Assembly (NCBI GenBank): GCA_003167255.1
Contig: PMTR01000077.1
Coordinates: forward strand, 21,546 to 85,545
Source of the DNA: Bryobacterales bacterium
Lineage (GTDB): Bacteria > Acidobacteriota > Terriglobia > Bryobacterales > Bryobacteraceae
Length of the DNA stretch: 64,000 nucleotides
Direction of reading: 5' to 3'
Position 1 is the first letter of the stretch. Each line of letters begins with the position of its first letter. Below, in pieces: positions 7,219 to 18,155 of the stretch. The position numbers and the translations under genes are program-made. Below the pieces are notes generated by a model. It had not been told where the DNA came from. It saw only the letters and a program-made list of their open reading frames with translations, and ran no database searches.

Positions 7219-8176
7219 CGAGGTGAATGCCGTGGCCGGGACGTTCCAACCTGACAATATCCTCAAGGCCGCCGGTTCTGATTTGCTTTGTGACCTCGAT
7301 CTCACCAATGACGAGCTGGGATATCTGCTCGATCTGGCCGACGAAGTCAAACGGGCGCCGAAGAATTATGCAAACGCGATGGGCGGCAAGTCTATCGGGA
7401 TGCTCTTCGAAAAGCCGTCGCTGCGGACCAAGCTCACGTTTGATCTGGCCATGGCGCAGATGGGCGGCTCATCCGTGTTTTTGGAGGGACCCATCGGCGT
7501 TCGGGAGCCGCTGAAGGATGTGGCGCGGAACCTGGACCGCTGGGTCAACGGAATTGTGGCCCGGGTCTTTGCGCAGAGCACCGTGGAGGCGCTGGCGCAG
7601 TGGTCCTCCGTGCCGGTGATCAATGCGCTGTCGGATGCGTTCCATCCGTGCCAGGCGCTGGCCGACGTGCTCACGATCCGCGAACGCTTCGGGCGGCTTT
7701 CAGGGTTGAAGTTGGCCTTCATCGGCGACGGGAATAATGTGGCGCAATCGCTGATGCTCACGGCGGTGCGGCTGGGAATGGATTTCGCGCTGGGCTGCCC
7801 CACCGGATATCTGCCCGATCCCGATATCGTGGCGCAGGCCGAAGGGCTGGCGGCGGTTTCGAAGGCGGCGATCACCATCACACACAATGCGGCCGAGGCG
7901 CTGGATGGCGCGCACGCCGTCTATACCGACGTTTGGGCGAGCATGGGACAGGAACAAGAAGCGGTGGAGCGCAGAACGGCCTTCCATCTGTACCAGGTCA
8001 ACGACGCGCTGTTCGCGCAGGCGCGGCCCGACGCCATTTTTCTGCACTGCCTGCCGGCCAAACGCGGCGAGGAAGTCACCGATTCGGTGATGGAGTCGGA
8101 GCGCAGCGCGGTGTTTCAGCAGGCGGAAAACCGGCTGCATGCGCAGAAGGCGCTGCTGCTGATGATGCTAACGTAG
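7202..8176 (+). CDS. argF: Ornithine carbamoyltransferase
   Basis: Motifs FEKPSLRTK, HPCQALAD, DVWASMG and HCLPAKRGEEV. Lies upstream of argG/argH/argR. Confidence 0.85.
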   Translation: MNKHSVEVNAVAGTFQPDNILKAAGSDLLCDLDLTNDELGYLLDLADEVKRAPKNYANAMGGKSIGMLFEKPSLRTKLTFDLAMAQMGGSSVFLEGPIGVREPLKDVARNLDRWVNGIVARVFAQSTVEALAQWSSVPVINALSDAFHPCQALADVLTIRERFGRLSGLKLAFIGDGNNVAQSLMLTAVRLGMDFALGCPTGYLPDPDIVAQAEGLAAVSKAAITITHNAAEALDGAHAVYTDVWASMGQEQEAVERRTAFHLYQVNDALFAQARPDAIFLHCLPAKRGEEVTDSVMESERSAVFQQAENRLHAQKALLLMMLT

Positions 8177-8213
8177 GAGATCCGTTCGGAAGTTCAGCGG
8201 CGTATAACAGCCT

Positions 8214-8247
8214 CCGCTCCCTGACGGTCGCGGCTCGGTGGGAGCGG
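8214..8247 (+). repeat. Dispersed intergenic motif, copy 1 (CCGCTCCCTgACGGTCGCGGCTCGG)
   Basis: Lies between argF and argG. The conserved core sits in the loop of a CCGCTCCC/GGGAGCGG stem. Confidence 0.6.
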
Positions 8248-8278
8248 GAGCGGTTGCGGCAGGCAGCCACCAAAGATT

Positions 8279-9483
<1,205 letters not shown>

Positions 9484-9487
<4 letters not shown>

Positions 9488-10866
9488 AACTCTGGGGCGG
9501 CAGATTTGAAGCGGGACCGTCGGAAGTCTTCGAGCGATTCTCGGGGTCGCTCGATTTCGACCGGCGGCTGATCGATGCCGATATCCGCGGCTCGCAGGCT
9601 TTCGCGCGGGCGTTGGAACGGGTCGGCATCCTGACGGCCGAGGAGCGCGGGCGGATCGTGGCGGCGTTCGACGAGATTCGTGCCGAAGCGGCGTCGCCGG
9701 GCTTCTACGAAGACGCAACGGATGAAGACGTCCACACGCTGGTGATTCGCAAGCTCAAGGAGAAGGCCGGCGGGGTGGCGGACAAGATCCACACCGGGCG
9801 CAGCCGCAATGAGCAGGTCTCGCTCGATATGCGGCTGTGGCTGCGCGAAGAATGCGCCGACATGCAGGCTTCGCTGTGCGCCGTGATGGGGAGGCTGCTC
9901 GATCACGCCGAGGCTAATTCCACGGCGATCGTTCCCGGCTACACGCACACGCGCCGCGCCCAGGCGGTATTGTGGCCGCATTACCTGCTGGCTTACTTCG
10001 AAATGTTCCTGCGCGATTGGGAACGCTTTGCCGAAGCCAAACGGCGCACCAACGTGCTGCCGCTGGGTTCGGGCGCGCTGGCGGGGAGCGGATTTCCGTT
10101 CGACCGCGAAGCCATCGCGCAAGACCTCGGGTTTGAGGGCATCACGCGCAACAGCATGGACGCTTCCGGAGACCGCGATTTCGCGCTGGACTTCCTCTAT
10201 GCGTGCAGCGTCACGATGATCCACCTGAGCCGCCTAGCCGAGGATTGGATCCTCTATTCGAGCGAAGAGTTTGGGTGGCTCGAACTGGGCGATGGCGTGA
10301 CCAGCGGGTCCAGCCTGATGCCGCAGAAGAAGAACCCCGATTCGCTCGAGCTGATTCGCGGCAAGAGCGGGCGCGTGATCGGCTGCCTCACCTCGCTGCT
10401 GGTGACCATGAAGGGCCTGCCGATGACATACAATCGCGATATGCAGGAGGACAAGGTTCCGCTGTTCGACGCCGCCTACCAGTTGAACGGATCGCTCCTG
10501 ATGATGTCCGCGGTGATCGAATCCACCAGGCTTAACCCGGCTAGGCCGGCGGCGGCCGCCGCGGAAAGCTGGGTGGTGGCGACGGACCTGGCCGAAGCGC
10601 TGGCGCGCGCCGGCACGCCGTTTCACCAGGCGCACCAGATTGTGGGCCGCTTCGTTTTGGAAAGCGTGCGCACGGGCAAGAAACCATCGGATTGGACGGC
10701 GGAAGAGATGCGCCGCTTCGCGCCGGAGTTCACGGGCGAGTTCGCGGAGCTGCTGAATGCGGATAAGGGTATCGGCACGCGCGAGATTCCCGGCGGCACC
10801 GGACCCGTGTCCGTGGCACGAGCGCTGGCGCTCGCCAAACAGGTACTTGGACAACTAATTTTATGA
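9484..10866 (+). CDS. argH: Argininosuccinate lyase
   Basis: MKLWGGRFE.. N-terminus and the GSSLMPQKKNPD fumarate-lyase signature. ATGA overlap with argG. Confidence 0.95.
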
Positions 10867-11300
10867 CCAAGGCTTATCGTCAAGGCCAGATTCTGAAGCT
10901 GATCCGGAGCAAACGGATCTCCACCCAGGAAGAGCTTGCGCAAGAGCTGAAGGCCCAGGACATCGCGGCCACCCAGGTGACTCTGTCGCGCGACATTCGC
11001 GACCTCCGGCTGGTGAAGACGCGCGACGGCTACCAGGAAATGGCGCCGGAAGAAACCGGGCCGGCCTTTGCGCTGCTGGCGACGGAGTTCCTGAAGGACG
11101 TCCTGCGCGCGCAGAACCTAGTGGTGCTCAAGACGTCGCCGGGCCATGCCAATTCGGTGGCGGTGGCGCTCGATAACGAGGGCTGGCCGGAAGTGATCGG
11201 CACGCTTGCGGGCGATGACACGATCCTGGTGATTACCGCGGATGCGCCGACGGGCGAAGCGGTGCAGGAGAAGCTGCTGAACCTGGTGGAGCGGGGATAG
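10863..11300 (+). CDS. argR: Arginine repressor
   Basis: RQGQILKLIRSKRISTQEELAQELK..VTLSRDIRDL winged helix, and a C-terminal GTLAGDDTILVI oligomerisation motif. Confidence 0.9.
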   Translation: MTKAYRQGQILKLIRSKRISTQEELAQELKAQDIAATQVTLSRDIRDLRLVKTRDGYQEMAPEETGPAFALLATEFLKDVLRAQNLVVLKTSPGHANSVAVALDNEGWPEVIGTLAGDDTILVITADAPTGEAVQEKLLNLVERG

Positions 11301-11303
11301 GCT

Positions 11304-12122
11304 TCACGCGGCGCGGCGCAGCCGCTTGTTGGGACGCTGGGCGTTCGCAGGCGTGAGCGGCTCCTTTTCCGGGGCGCGCAGGCCCAGGTACATCAGCAGC
11401 ACGATCACCGTGCTCCATTGGCCGCCGACCGAGAACAGGCTGTCCACCAGCGCGATCAGGAGGCGCGAATCCGTGTGCCGCTGGAGCGCGCTGAAGACCA
11501 GGAACGTCACCACCAACTCGGCTGCCCATAGCGGTAGCAACGCCAGAAAAATGCGCCATCGGTGGCCCTGAGTCAGGGCGCGGCTTTTGCCGAGAACCTC
11601 CCGTTCCCGATCGGCTTCAATTGCCACGATGGGGTCGGTGAAGGCCAGTTTCACCATCGCCACGATGCCGGGCACCAGCAGCAGCGCGCTCCACAGCATC
11701 ACGGTGATCTCCACCTTGAAGCGGTTCCACAGCGATTTCGCCCATTGGCGGCGGCCCCAGGCCAGCGCTTCGGCCAGGGGCGCAGGTGAGCCGCCGCGAA
11801 ATCTCCCGAGAAGGCCATAGATGACGGCCGGGGCCACCAGCGCTCCCAGCACCAGGTCGCTCAAATCCAGCAAGACGGCTGAAAGGACTCCGTCGATGGG
11901 GACATTCCCCAACCAACAGGCGAGCTGCAACAGAAGCTTGCCTGGCAGGAAGACGACCAGTGTAACGGCGGTCAGAAAGCCGAGATTGGAAAGGAAAACC
12001 CGAACCGACCGGAGCAGCAGGCCGCCGACCGAGTGGAACGGCTCGGTGGGGAAGTCCACGGCGAGATATCCGCGGCTAAAGTCCGTCGTATTCGTGTTCC
12101 CCTGGGCCCTCCGCTCCCTCAC
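11304..12122 (-). CDS. Hypothetical polytopic membrane protein
   Basis: 272-aa ORF with several hydrophobic segments. The start is uncertain because the GTG lies inside repeat copy 2. Confidence 0.5.
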   Translation of the reverse strand: MRERRAQGNTNTTDFSRGYLAVDFPTEPFHSVGGLLLRSVRVFLSNLGFLTAVTLVVFLPGKLLLQLACWLGNVPIDGVLSAVLLDLSDLVLGALVAPAVIYGLLGRFRGGSPAPLAEALAWGRRQWAKSLWNRFKVEITVMLWSALLLVPGIVAMVKLAFTDPIVAIEADREREVLGKSRALTQGHRWRIFLALLPLWAAELVVTFLVFSALQRHTDSRLLIALVDSLFSVGGQWSTVIVLLMYLGLRAPEKEPLTPANAQRPNKRLRRAA

Positions 12123-12135
12123 GGTCGCGGCTCGG
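12111..12135 (+). repeat. Dispersed intergenic motif, copy 2 (CCGCTCCCTcACGGTCGCGGCTCGG)
   Basis: Same core and same orientation as copy 1. Confidence 0.6.
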
Positions 12136-12143
12136 TTAAGTGC

Positions 12144-12728
12144 CTACTTCTCGCCGGCCGGTTTCACGTCGCCGCAGTCCGCAGAAAGCCACTTGCTGGC
12201 GACGGTGAACTTCATGTCCATGGTCCGGGCGGCCCCATTTCCAGCGCCAGTGCCGGTGCTCTTGCTGGCTCCGGAAACTTTGACATGTTCGGCGTCCAGA
12301 CGCTCCACTGTAATGTCGCTAACCACCGTCATGTTGGTCTTGTCCGGCGCGCATTCAACGTGCATCTCCATCTTGCTGGACGAAGAGCTGACGATTTTCC
12401 GCGTGCAGTTGGCCTGGTTCTTGTCACTGAACGCCAGTCCCTTGTTGATTTCTTCCTTGGTCGTGCACGACTTACTCGTGATGGTGCGCGGGGCTCCGGC
12501 GCGGCTATTCATCATGGATTCCATTTGTTGACGCGCCGCGGGCGGCATCTTCGCCAACTGCTCCGGCGTGAGTTGCGGCATGGCCGGCATGGCCGGCATT
12601 CCTGAGATCTCCATCGTCATCGTGCTTTCCCACAGGCCGGGCTTGGCGTCGAATGGCTTAATTTCCTGGGCTGTCAACGCAGCCAGAGGGCACAGAATGG
12701 CGATGCCGAATAAAATTGTTGTCTTCAC
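12144..12728 (-). CDS. Secreted DUF3617-like protein
   Basis: Signal peptide, KPGLWES motif, Met/Pro-rich linker and conserved Cys pairs, as in DUF3617 lipoprotein-like proteins. Confidence 0.55.
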   Translation of the reverse strand: MKTTILFGIAILCPLAALTAQEIKPFDAKPGLWESTMTMEISGMPAMPAMPQLTPEQLAKMPPAARQQMESMMNSRAGAPRTITSKSCTTKEEINKGLAFSDKNQANCTRKIVSSSSSKMEMHVECAPDKTNMTVVSDITVERLDAEHVKVSGASKSTGTGAGNGAARTMDMKFTVASKWLSADCGDVKPAGEK

Positions 12729-12799
12729 AGGGTAAATCCTCCCGTAAAATCATGGTACATCATAATACCTCGCAGCAAATTGCGCTAACGTGGATCAAA

Positions 12800-14452
12800 A
12801 TGCCAATTTCTCCGCTTGCGGGACAGAGCCCCACGCCCGATATGCTGGTCAACGTGCCACGCCTCATCACGGCTTACTATACGGAGAAGCCGGACGTCTC
12901 GGTAGCTTCACAGCGCGTAAGCTTCGGCACATCGGGTCACCGCGGCTCGTCGCTCGAGTGCTCCTTTAACGAAGATCACATTCTGGCCATCACGCAGGCC
13001 ATCTGCCGGTACCGCACTGAGAACGGCGTGGACGGCCCGCTGTTCCTGGCGGCGGACACGCATGCTCTTTCCGATCCGGCCTTCGCCAGCGCGCTCGAAG
13101 TGCTGGCGGCGAACGGCGTCGAGGTGATGATCGACCAGGAACTGGGCTACACGCCCACGCCGGCGCTTTCGCACGCCATCCTGGGCTACAATCGCGGCGG
13201 CCGGAAAGGCGCGCAGGCCGATGGCATTGTGATCACGCCGTCGCACAATCCGCCGCCCGATGGAGGCTTCAAGTACAATCCGCCCAACGGCGGCCCGGCC
13301 GATACCGACGCCACCAAAGCCATCGAGGATCTGGCCAACCAGATTCTTCGCGATGGACTGCGCGACGTTCGCCGCCAACCCTACCGCACCGCGCTCAGCG
13401 CCTCGACCACGCATCGCTACGATTACGTGTCGGCTTATGTGAACGATCTGGGCTCGGTGCTGGATCTGGACGCCATTCGCGCGGCGCGGCTTTCTCTGTG
13501 CGCCGACGCGCTGGGCGGCGCGGGTGTGGCTTACTGGGGCCGCATCGCCGAACGCTACGGCTTGTCGCTCGATATCGAGCATGCCGATGTCGACCCCACC
13601 TTCCGCTTCATGCGGCTGGACTGGGACGGCCAGATCCGCATGGATTGCTCATCGCCCTACGCCATGGCCGGGCTGATCGGCTTCAAGGACCGGTTCGACG
13701 TGACATTTGCCTGCGATACCGATCACGACCGGCACGGGGTTGTCACGCGGAGCGCCGGCCTGCTCAACCCTAACCACTATTTGGCCGCGGCCATCTCTTA
13801 CCTGTTCGGCCACCGCGACGGATGGCCGGTTTCGGCCGGTGTGGGGAAGACGCTGGTATCGAGCAGCATGATCGACCGCGTGGCGGCGCACCTGGGCCGG
13901 CGGCTGGTGGAAGTTCCGGTGGGCTTCAAGTGGTTCGTGGATGGACTGCTGGACGGCTCGCTGGGCTTCGGCGGAGAAGAAAGCGCCGGTGCTTCGTTGC
14001 TGCGGCGCGACGGTACCGTGTGGACCACCGATAAAGATGGCATCGTCATGGCCCTGCTAGGGGCGGAGATGTTGGCGCGCACCGGCAAGGACCCCGGGGA
14101 GATCTACAGCGGGTTAACGGAACAATTCGGCGCGCCGGTGTACGAGCGCATCGACGCCGCGGCCACGCCCGCGCAGAAAGCCGCGCTGGCGGCGCTCAAC
14201 TCGGAACAGGTGACGGCGCGCGAGTTGGCCGGCGACCCCATCGAAGCCATGCTCACGCGCGCCCCGGGGAACGGGGCCTCGATCGGCGGCCTCAAAGTGG
14301 TGACGCGGCGCGGCTGGTTCGCGGCGCGGCCTTCCGGGACCGAAGACGTTTACAAAATCTATGCCGAGAGTTTCGCCGGCGCCGAACACCTCAAACGAAT
14401 TCAAGACGAGGCGCGCGAACTGGTGGGACGGGCTCTGGCAATGGTAGCCTGA
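12800..14452 (+). CDS. pgm: Phosphoglucomutase (alpha-D-glucose phosphate-specific)
   Basis: [10 protein letters not shown] active-site serine loop, GGEESAG sugar loop, and an N-terminus parallel to enterobacterial Pgm. The start was chosen at MPISPLAGQ; the ORF opens at 12716. Confidence 0.9.
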   Translation: MPISPLAGQSPTPDMLVNVPRLITAYYTEKPDVSVASQRVSFGTSGHRGSSLECSFNEDHILAITQAICRYRTENGVDGPLFLAADTHALSDPAFASALEVLAANGVEVMIDQELGYTPTPALSHAILGYNRGGRKGAQADGIVITPSHNPPPDGGFKYNPPNGGPADTDATKAIEDLANQILRDGLRDVRRQPYRTALSASTTHRYDYVSAYVNDLGSVLDLDAIRAARLSLCADALGGAGVAYWGRIAERYGLSLDIEHADVDPTFRFMRLDWDGQIRMDCSSPYAMAGLIGFKDRFDVTFACDTDHDRHGVVTRSAGLLNPNHYLAAAISYLFGHRDGWPVSAGVGKTLVSSSMIDRVAAHLGRRLVEVPVGFKWFVDGLLDGSLGFGGEESAGASLLRRDGTVWTTDKDGIVMALLGAEMLARTGKDPGEIYSGLTEQFGAPVYERIDAAATPAQKAALAALNSEQVTARELAGDPIEAMLTRAPGNGASIGGLKVVTRRGWFAARPSGTEDVYKIYAESFAGAEHLKRIQDEARELVGRALAMVA

Positions 14453-14459
14453 AACTCGG

Positions 14460-15344
14460 GTGACGGATTTCGTTCGCGAGAAACAGTCGGCTGCACTGAG
14501 CTCGCTGCTCGCCGCCGTCGGGCTGACGGCATTCAAGATCATAGTCGGCGTGGCCACGGGCAGCCTCGGCATCCTGGCCGAGGCCGCGCATTCCGGCCTG
14601 GACCTGGTGGCGGCCGGCCTGACCTTCGTCGCCGTGCGTCTTTCCGGGCGCCCCGCCGATCACGAGCACCTCTACGGGCACGGGAAAATAGAAAACCTCT
14701 CGGCGCTCGCTGAAACGCTGTTGCTGCTGCTGACGTGCGCCTGGATTGTGTGGGAAGCCATTCACCGGCTGCGCACACACCACACGGGGATCGAGGTGAC
14801 GGTCTGGTCGTTTGTGGTGATGCTGACCTCGATCGTGGTGGATATTTCGCGGTCGCGCGTTCTTTCGCGGGCCGCCGTCAAGTATCATAGCCAGGCGCTG
14901 GAGGCCGACGCGCTGCACTTCACGACCGACGTGTGGAGCTCGGCGGTGGTGGTGGTGGGGCTGGCGGCGGTGAAGGCGGGCGACTGGTGGCCGGGGCTGT
15001 TGTTCCTCCGCAATGCCGACGCAATTGCCGCGCTGGGGGTTTCCGCGCTGGTGGTGTGGGTGAGCGTACGGCTGGGCCGGCGCACGCTGGACGCGCTCAT
15101 AGACAGCGCGCCCGAGGGCATGGAGCAGCGCATCATCGCCGCGGTGGAAGGCGTGGAGGGAGTCCGCAATTGCCACCACGTGCGCATGCGGTATTCCGGG
15201 CCGATCCTTTTTATCGACCTGCACGTTCTGGTGGATGGCGCGCAAAGCCTGGCGCAAGCCCACTTGCTGACCGAGACCATCGAAGAAGTCATCCATGGCT
15301 TGGCCCCGAATGCCGATGTCACGGTGCATCCGGAGCCGTTCTGA
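14460..15344 (+). CDS. Cation diffusion facilitator (CDF) family transporter
   Basis: GSLGILAEAAHSGLDLVA and HEHLYGHGKIENL motifs; six TM segments plus a cytoplasmic domain. Confidence 0.85.
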   Translation: MTDFVREKQSAALSSLLAAVGLTAFKIIVGVATGSLGILAEAAHSGLDLVAAGLTFVAVRLSGRPADHEHLYGHGKIENLSALAETLLLLLTCAWIVWEAIHRLRTHHTGIEVTVWSFVVMLTSIVVDISRSRVLSRAAVKYHSQALEADALHFTTDVWSSAVVVVGLAAVKAGDWWPGLLFLRNADAIAALGVSALVVWVSVRLGRRTLDALIDSAPEGMEQRIIAAVEGVEGVRNCHHVRMRYSGPILFIDLHVLVDGAQSLAQAHLLTETIEEVIHGLAPNADVTVHPEPF

Positions 15345-15371
15345 GGGTGGCGCAAGGGCTCGTGGAATGGG

Positions 15372-15459
15372 GATGGTCAAGCGGGCAAAGGGCACCGGCG
15401 GCAAGACCGCCGGCGCTACCAGTTGGTCTTAACAGAGCTTGAAAATGGAGAAACTCCAG
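15372..15459 (+). repeat. ~88-bp intergenic element, copy A (paralog at 26126-26214)
   Basis: 38-nt identical core caccggcggcaagaccgccggcgctaccagttggtctt (15393-15430) with a CCGGCGG/CCGCCGG hairpin. The flanks gatggtcaagcg and cttgaaaatggagaaactccag are conserved. Confidence 0.6.
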
Positions 15460-15511
15460 AGGTGGCTTTCAACCGGCGCTGGAACGGCCAGAAGGCCGGT
15501 CCCACTAAGGC

Positions 15512-17062
15512 CTACCGCTTGCCGGCGAAGTCCCAATAAATACTGCAATCGCGGACTTCGGTCTTGTGGCGGAAGAGTTCCGGGAGGCTGATCTTGTCGG
15601 TCTCGTCGCTTTCGTAACAGGCGGCTACCGTGTGGTAGAGGCCGGCGCGGACCCGGTCGTGGATTTTCTTGACCGGCAGAATGTGGAACTCGGCCGACAG
15701 TGCGGGCGGCAGATCCAGGTCGTGCGCATAGGAAAACTCCATGCCGTCGGGGGGCGGCCGGCGCGTCAGGAAATAGAAAAGCTCGTCGGCCCACACGGCG
15801 CCGCCCGGCGGCGTATTTTTTTGCACTTGTTGCGCGATCTTCTCGCAGTCTTTCCAACAATAGGAGTCGAAATCCTCAAGGATGGCTTTTCCCAGGCCCA
15901 GCGCCACCAACACGATCAGAAACATCGATGGAGCGAAGGGGCGATCACCCAAGCCGAGCCTCGTCGCAGCTACGTATAATCCGGCCATCGCCAGAATGGC
16001 GGCGAACGGGATGACCAGCAGAAAGTAGCGCTCGAAGGTGGGATGCGCGGTGGCCAGTTCGGCGCCTAAGCCCAAAGCCAACCAGCCGGCCAGATAAAAC
16101 TCGGAACGCTGTGCGCGATCCCAGTCGCTCTTGCGGGCGATAAACCAGGTACCTACGCCCGAGAGCAGCACCAAAGTGAGCCCCTGCGCGGAGTCGATCC
16201 AGGAGGTCAGCACCGAAATGTCCTGCCCGGTAGCGCCTTCCCACTTGGTGTGGCGGTACACCGTCTGGTACTGGATGATGTTGAAGAGCACCGGCTTGGG
16301 AGATTCGAGGAACAGCAGCAGCACCGGTAGAAACGGGATGCCGGCGCCGATCAGGAACAGCGCGATCTTGAGCCAACGGGCGCCGGCGCGGTTGTGGATG
16401 GCGATCCAGAGCAGCAGCACCGGGGCCACTGCCGCCGTCAGCAAAGAAGAAGCCGCGGCGGCGCCGGCCAGCAGTCCGGCGGCGGCCGCCCACTGCGGGC
16501 CGCGCCGTTCCACGGAGCAGACCGCCAGGCGGAAAGCGGCCACCGAGAGAAACAGACACAGGCCGTAGGCCTGCCCGATGGGGCCGAACAGAACCACCTG
16601 CGAGTTCATCCCGACGGCCAGCAGAACTGCACAAGCGCCGGCCAGCCGCCAGCGCGAAACGGGGAAGCGCTTCAGCACGAAGCCCGCGGCCAGCAATGCG
16701 CCGGCCACCACCCAGAAAGCCGCGAGGGCGTGGACCGGCCGCCAACTCTCGCCAAAAAGTTTCATCCATCCGGCGTTGAGGTAGGCGTTGAGGGGCGTTT
16801 GCGGAAAACAAAAATCCAGATAAGGACGCTTGCCGGCTTTGATCAATTGCGCGGCCAGAAGATGAAAGCCTTCGTCCCAGGCGAAAGCCAGTGTTTGGGA
16901 ATAAAGCAGGAGACCGGCGAAAAGCAGCGCGGCTAGCGCTGAGAGGCGGAGCCAGGGGCTGCTCGAGTGCGACGGGTCAGCCGGCTGCTGCGCCGGAGTG
17001 GAATCCTGCATGTTGCTTATCTTAGCTTTGTGTAACGGCGCGTTGTACAGCGGCGGCCCCAT
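15512..17062 (-). CDS. Polytopic membrane glycosyltransferase (GT39/ArnT-like)
   Basis: 516 aa with more than 10 TM segments. N-terminal AFAWDEGFHLLAAQLIKAGKRPYLDF resembles the PMT_2/ArnT family. Confidence 0.55.
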   Translation of the reverse strand: MGPPLYNAPLHKAKISNMQDSTPAQQPADPSHSSSPWLRLSALAALLFAGLLLYSQTLAFAWDEGFHLLAAQLIKAGKRPYLDFCFPQTPLNAYLNAGWMKLFGESWRPVHALAAFWVVAGALLAAGFVLKRFPVSRWRLAGACAVLLAVGMNSQVVLFGPIGQAYGLCLFLSVAAFRLAVCSVERRGPQWAAAAGLLAGAAAASSLLTAAVAPVLLLWIAIHNRAGARWLKIALFLIGAGIPFLPVLLLFLESPKPVLFNIIQYQTVYRHTKWEGATGQDISVLTSWIDSAQGLTLVLLSGVGTWFIARKSDWDRAQRSEFYLAGWLALGLGAELATAHPTFERYFLLVIPFAAILAMAGLYVAATRLGLGDRPFAPSMFLIVLVALGLGKAILEDFDSYCWKDCEKIAQQVQKNTPPGGAVWADELFYFLTRRPPPDGMEFSYAHDLDLPPALSAEFHILPVKKIHDRVRAGLYHTVAACYESDETDKISLPELFRHKTEVRDCSIYWDFAGKR

Positions 17063-17133
17063 GGCCGGGGCGGGGAACGGGGCTTCTATCTAAGTACGCC
17101 GTCTCTTAAATATGGTGTCGTATTCCACGAAGA

Positions 17134-17158
17134 CCGCTCCCTAACGGTCGCGGCTCGG
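17134..17158 (+). repeat. Dispersed intergenic motif, copy 3 (CCGCTCCCTaACGGTCGCGGCTCGG)
   Basis: Same core and orientation; lies between two minus-strand genes. Confidence 0.6.
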
Positions 17159-17173
17159 ATCGAAGCAAGCAGC

Positions 17174-17596
17174 TTAAAGACCGGCGGCTTTCATGCTCTC
17201 CTTACGCACACTTCCTGCGAAGCGTTGCAGCATGGAATCGTTGCGCCCCGCCACAACCGGCGGGAGCATGCGCGCCTGGGTACGGAACTCGTACTTATCC
17301 ACGCAGCAAGCCGATCTGTTGCCCGACGCCCGGATAATGCGTCCGAAGATAATCAGACGCATCGCACAGGTGTCGTCGAGCAGAACCGGCCAACTGATCG
17401 ACAGCTCTACGAAAGCACCCACTTTCAAGGGATGCTCGATCTGGAACGCCATGCCTCCGCTGGCCATGTCGATGGTCTCTCCCATTCCAGATTCAATTAC
17501 CAGATCATCTTCCAGGAGCTTGTAACGCAGATCGCGATGGATCGGGAAGCGCGTCTTTGAGCGCCTTTCGATCTGTCCTTTGTCTTCCGGCATCAT
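17174..17596 (-). CDS. PilZ domain protein
   Basis: RRSKTRFPIHRDLRYK..DMASGGMAF matches the PilZ RxxxR / D-x-S-x-x-G pattern. GGAGGA SD lies upstream of the ATG at 17596. Confidence 0.6.
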   Translation of the reverse strand: MMPEDKGQIERRSKTRFPIHRDLRYKLLEDDLVIESGMGETIDMASGGMAFQIEHPLKVGAFVELSISWPVLLDDTCAMRLIIFGRIIRASGNRSACCVDKYEFRTQARMLPPVVAGRNDSMLQRFAGSVRKESMKAAGL

Positions 17597-17819
17597 GGTA
17601 TTTCCTCCGAATTGCCAGCGGTAGTATTGCAATTGGCTGCCCGAAAGTCCACGCTAGTAGAATCAACCAGGTAGCGTTATCCAATGGCTGTTATGTAAAC
17701 TTCGTAGACATTCTTGACCTGTTCAGGCCTGTAAACTCTGTTGACAGTGTAAAGGGAAGTTACGGACTGGTGGCGATTTGGATAGAGGCCTTTGAGCCTT
17801 GATTCTGTATAATCAAGTC

Positions 17820-18107
17820 ATGGATTTACGTCCTTTGCATGACCGGGTTCTTGTACGGCGCCTGGAGGAAGTGGAGCAGAAGCGCGGAGGGATCATCATC
17901 CCCGATACCGCCAAAGAAAAGCCGCAGCAGGCCGAGGTATGCGCCGTGGGCAACGGCAAGTTGCTGGAATCGGGGGAGCGCGTGGCGCTCGACGTGAAGG
18001 CCGGCGACCGGATTCTGTTCGGGAAGTATTCCGGATCCGACATCAAGGTGGACGGACAGGAGTACCTGATTCTGAAGGAAGATGAGATCCTCGGAGTCTT
18101 GGAATAA
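17820..18107 (+). CDS. groES: Co-chaperonin GroES paralog (no adjacent groEL)
   Basis: [46 protein letters not shown] is the canonical Cpn10 pattern. TATAAT at 17808-17813 lies 6 nt before the ATG. Confidence 0.85.
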   Translation: MDLRPLHDRVLVRRLEEVEQKRGGIIIPDTAKEKPQQAEVCAVGNGKLLESGERVALDVKAGDRILFGKYSGSDIKVDGQEYLILKEDEILGVLE

Positions 18108-18155
18108 GCTGTGGTAATCTAGAGTTTCTACACACCACTTTCAGGAGTTGCTTCC

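Noticed and set aside
7202-8176. argF might be an N-acetyl- or N-succinyl-ornithine transcarbamylase, because the carbamoyl-phosphate motif reads SLRTK rather than STRTR.
   Set aside because: The protein keeps the ornithine-type DVWASMG loop and HCLPAKRGEEV motif and sits with argG/argH/argR. The unusual motif is worth a glance in an alignment but is insufficient to re-assign function.
17633-17819. CIRCE (TTAGCACTC-N9-GAGTGCTAA) or sigma-32-type heat-shock promoter upstream of either groES gene (also checked 32513-32620).
   Set aside because: No CIRCE half-site was found in either upstream region. The only CTTGAAA-like strings (15438, 26190) belong to the duplicated 88-bp element and lack a CCCCAT -10.
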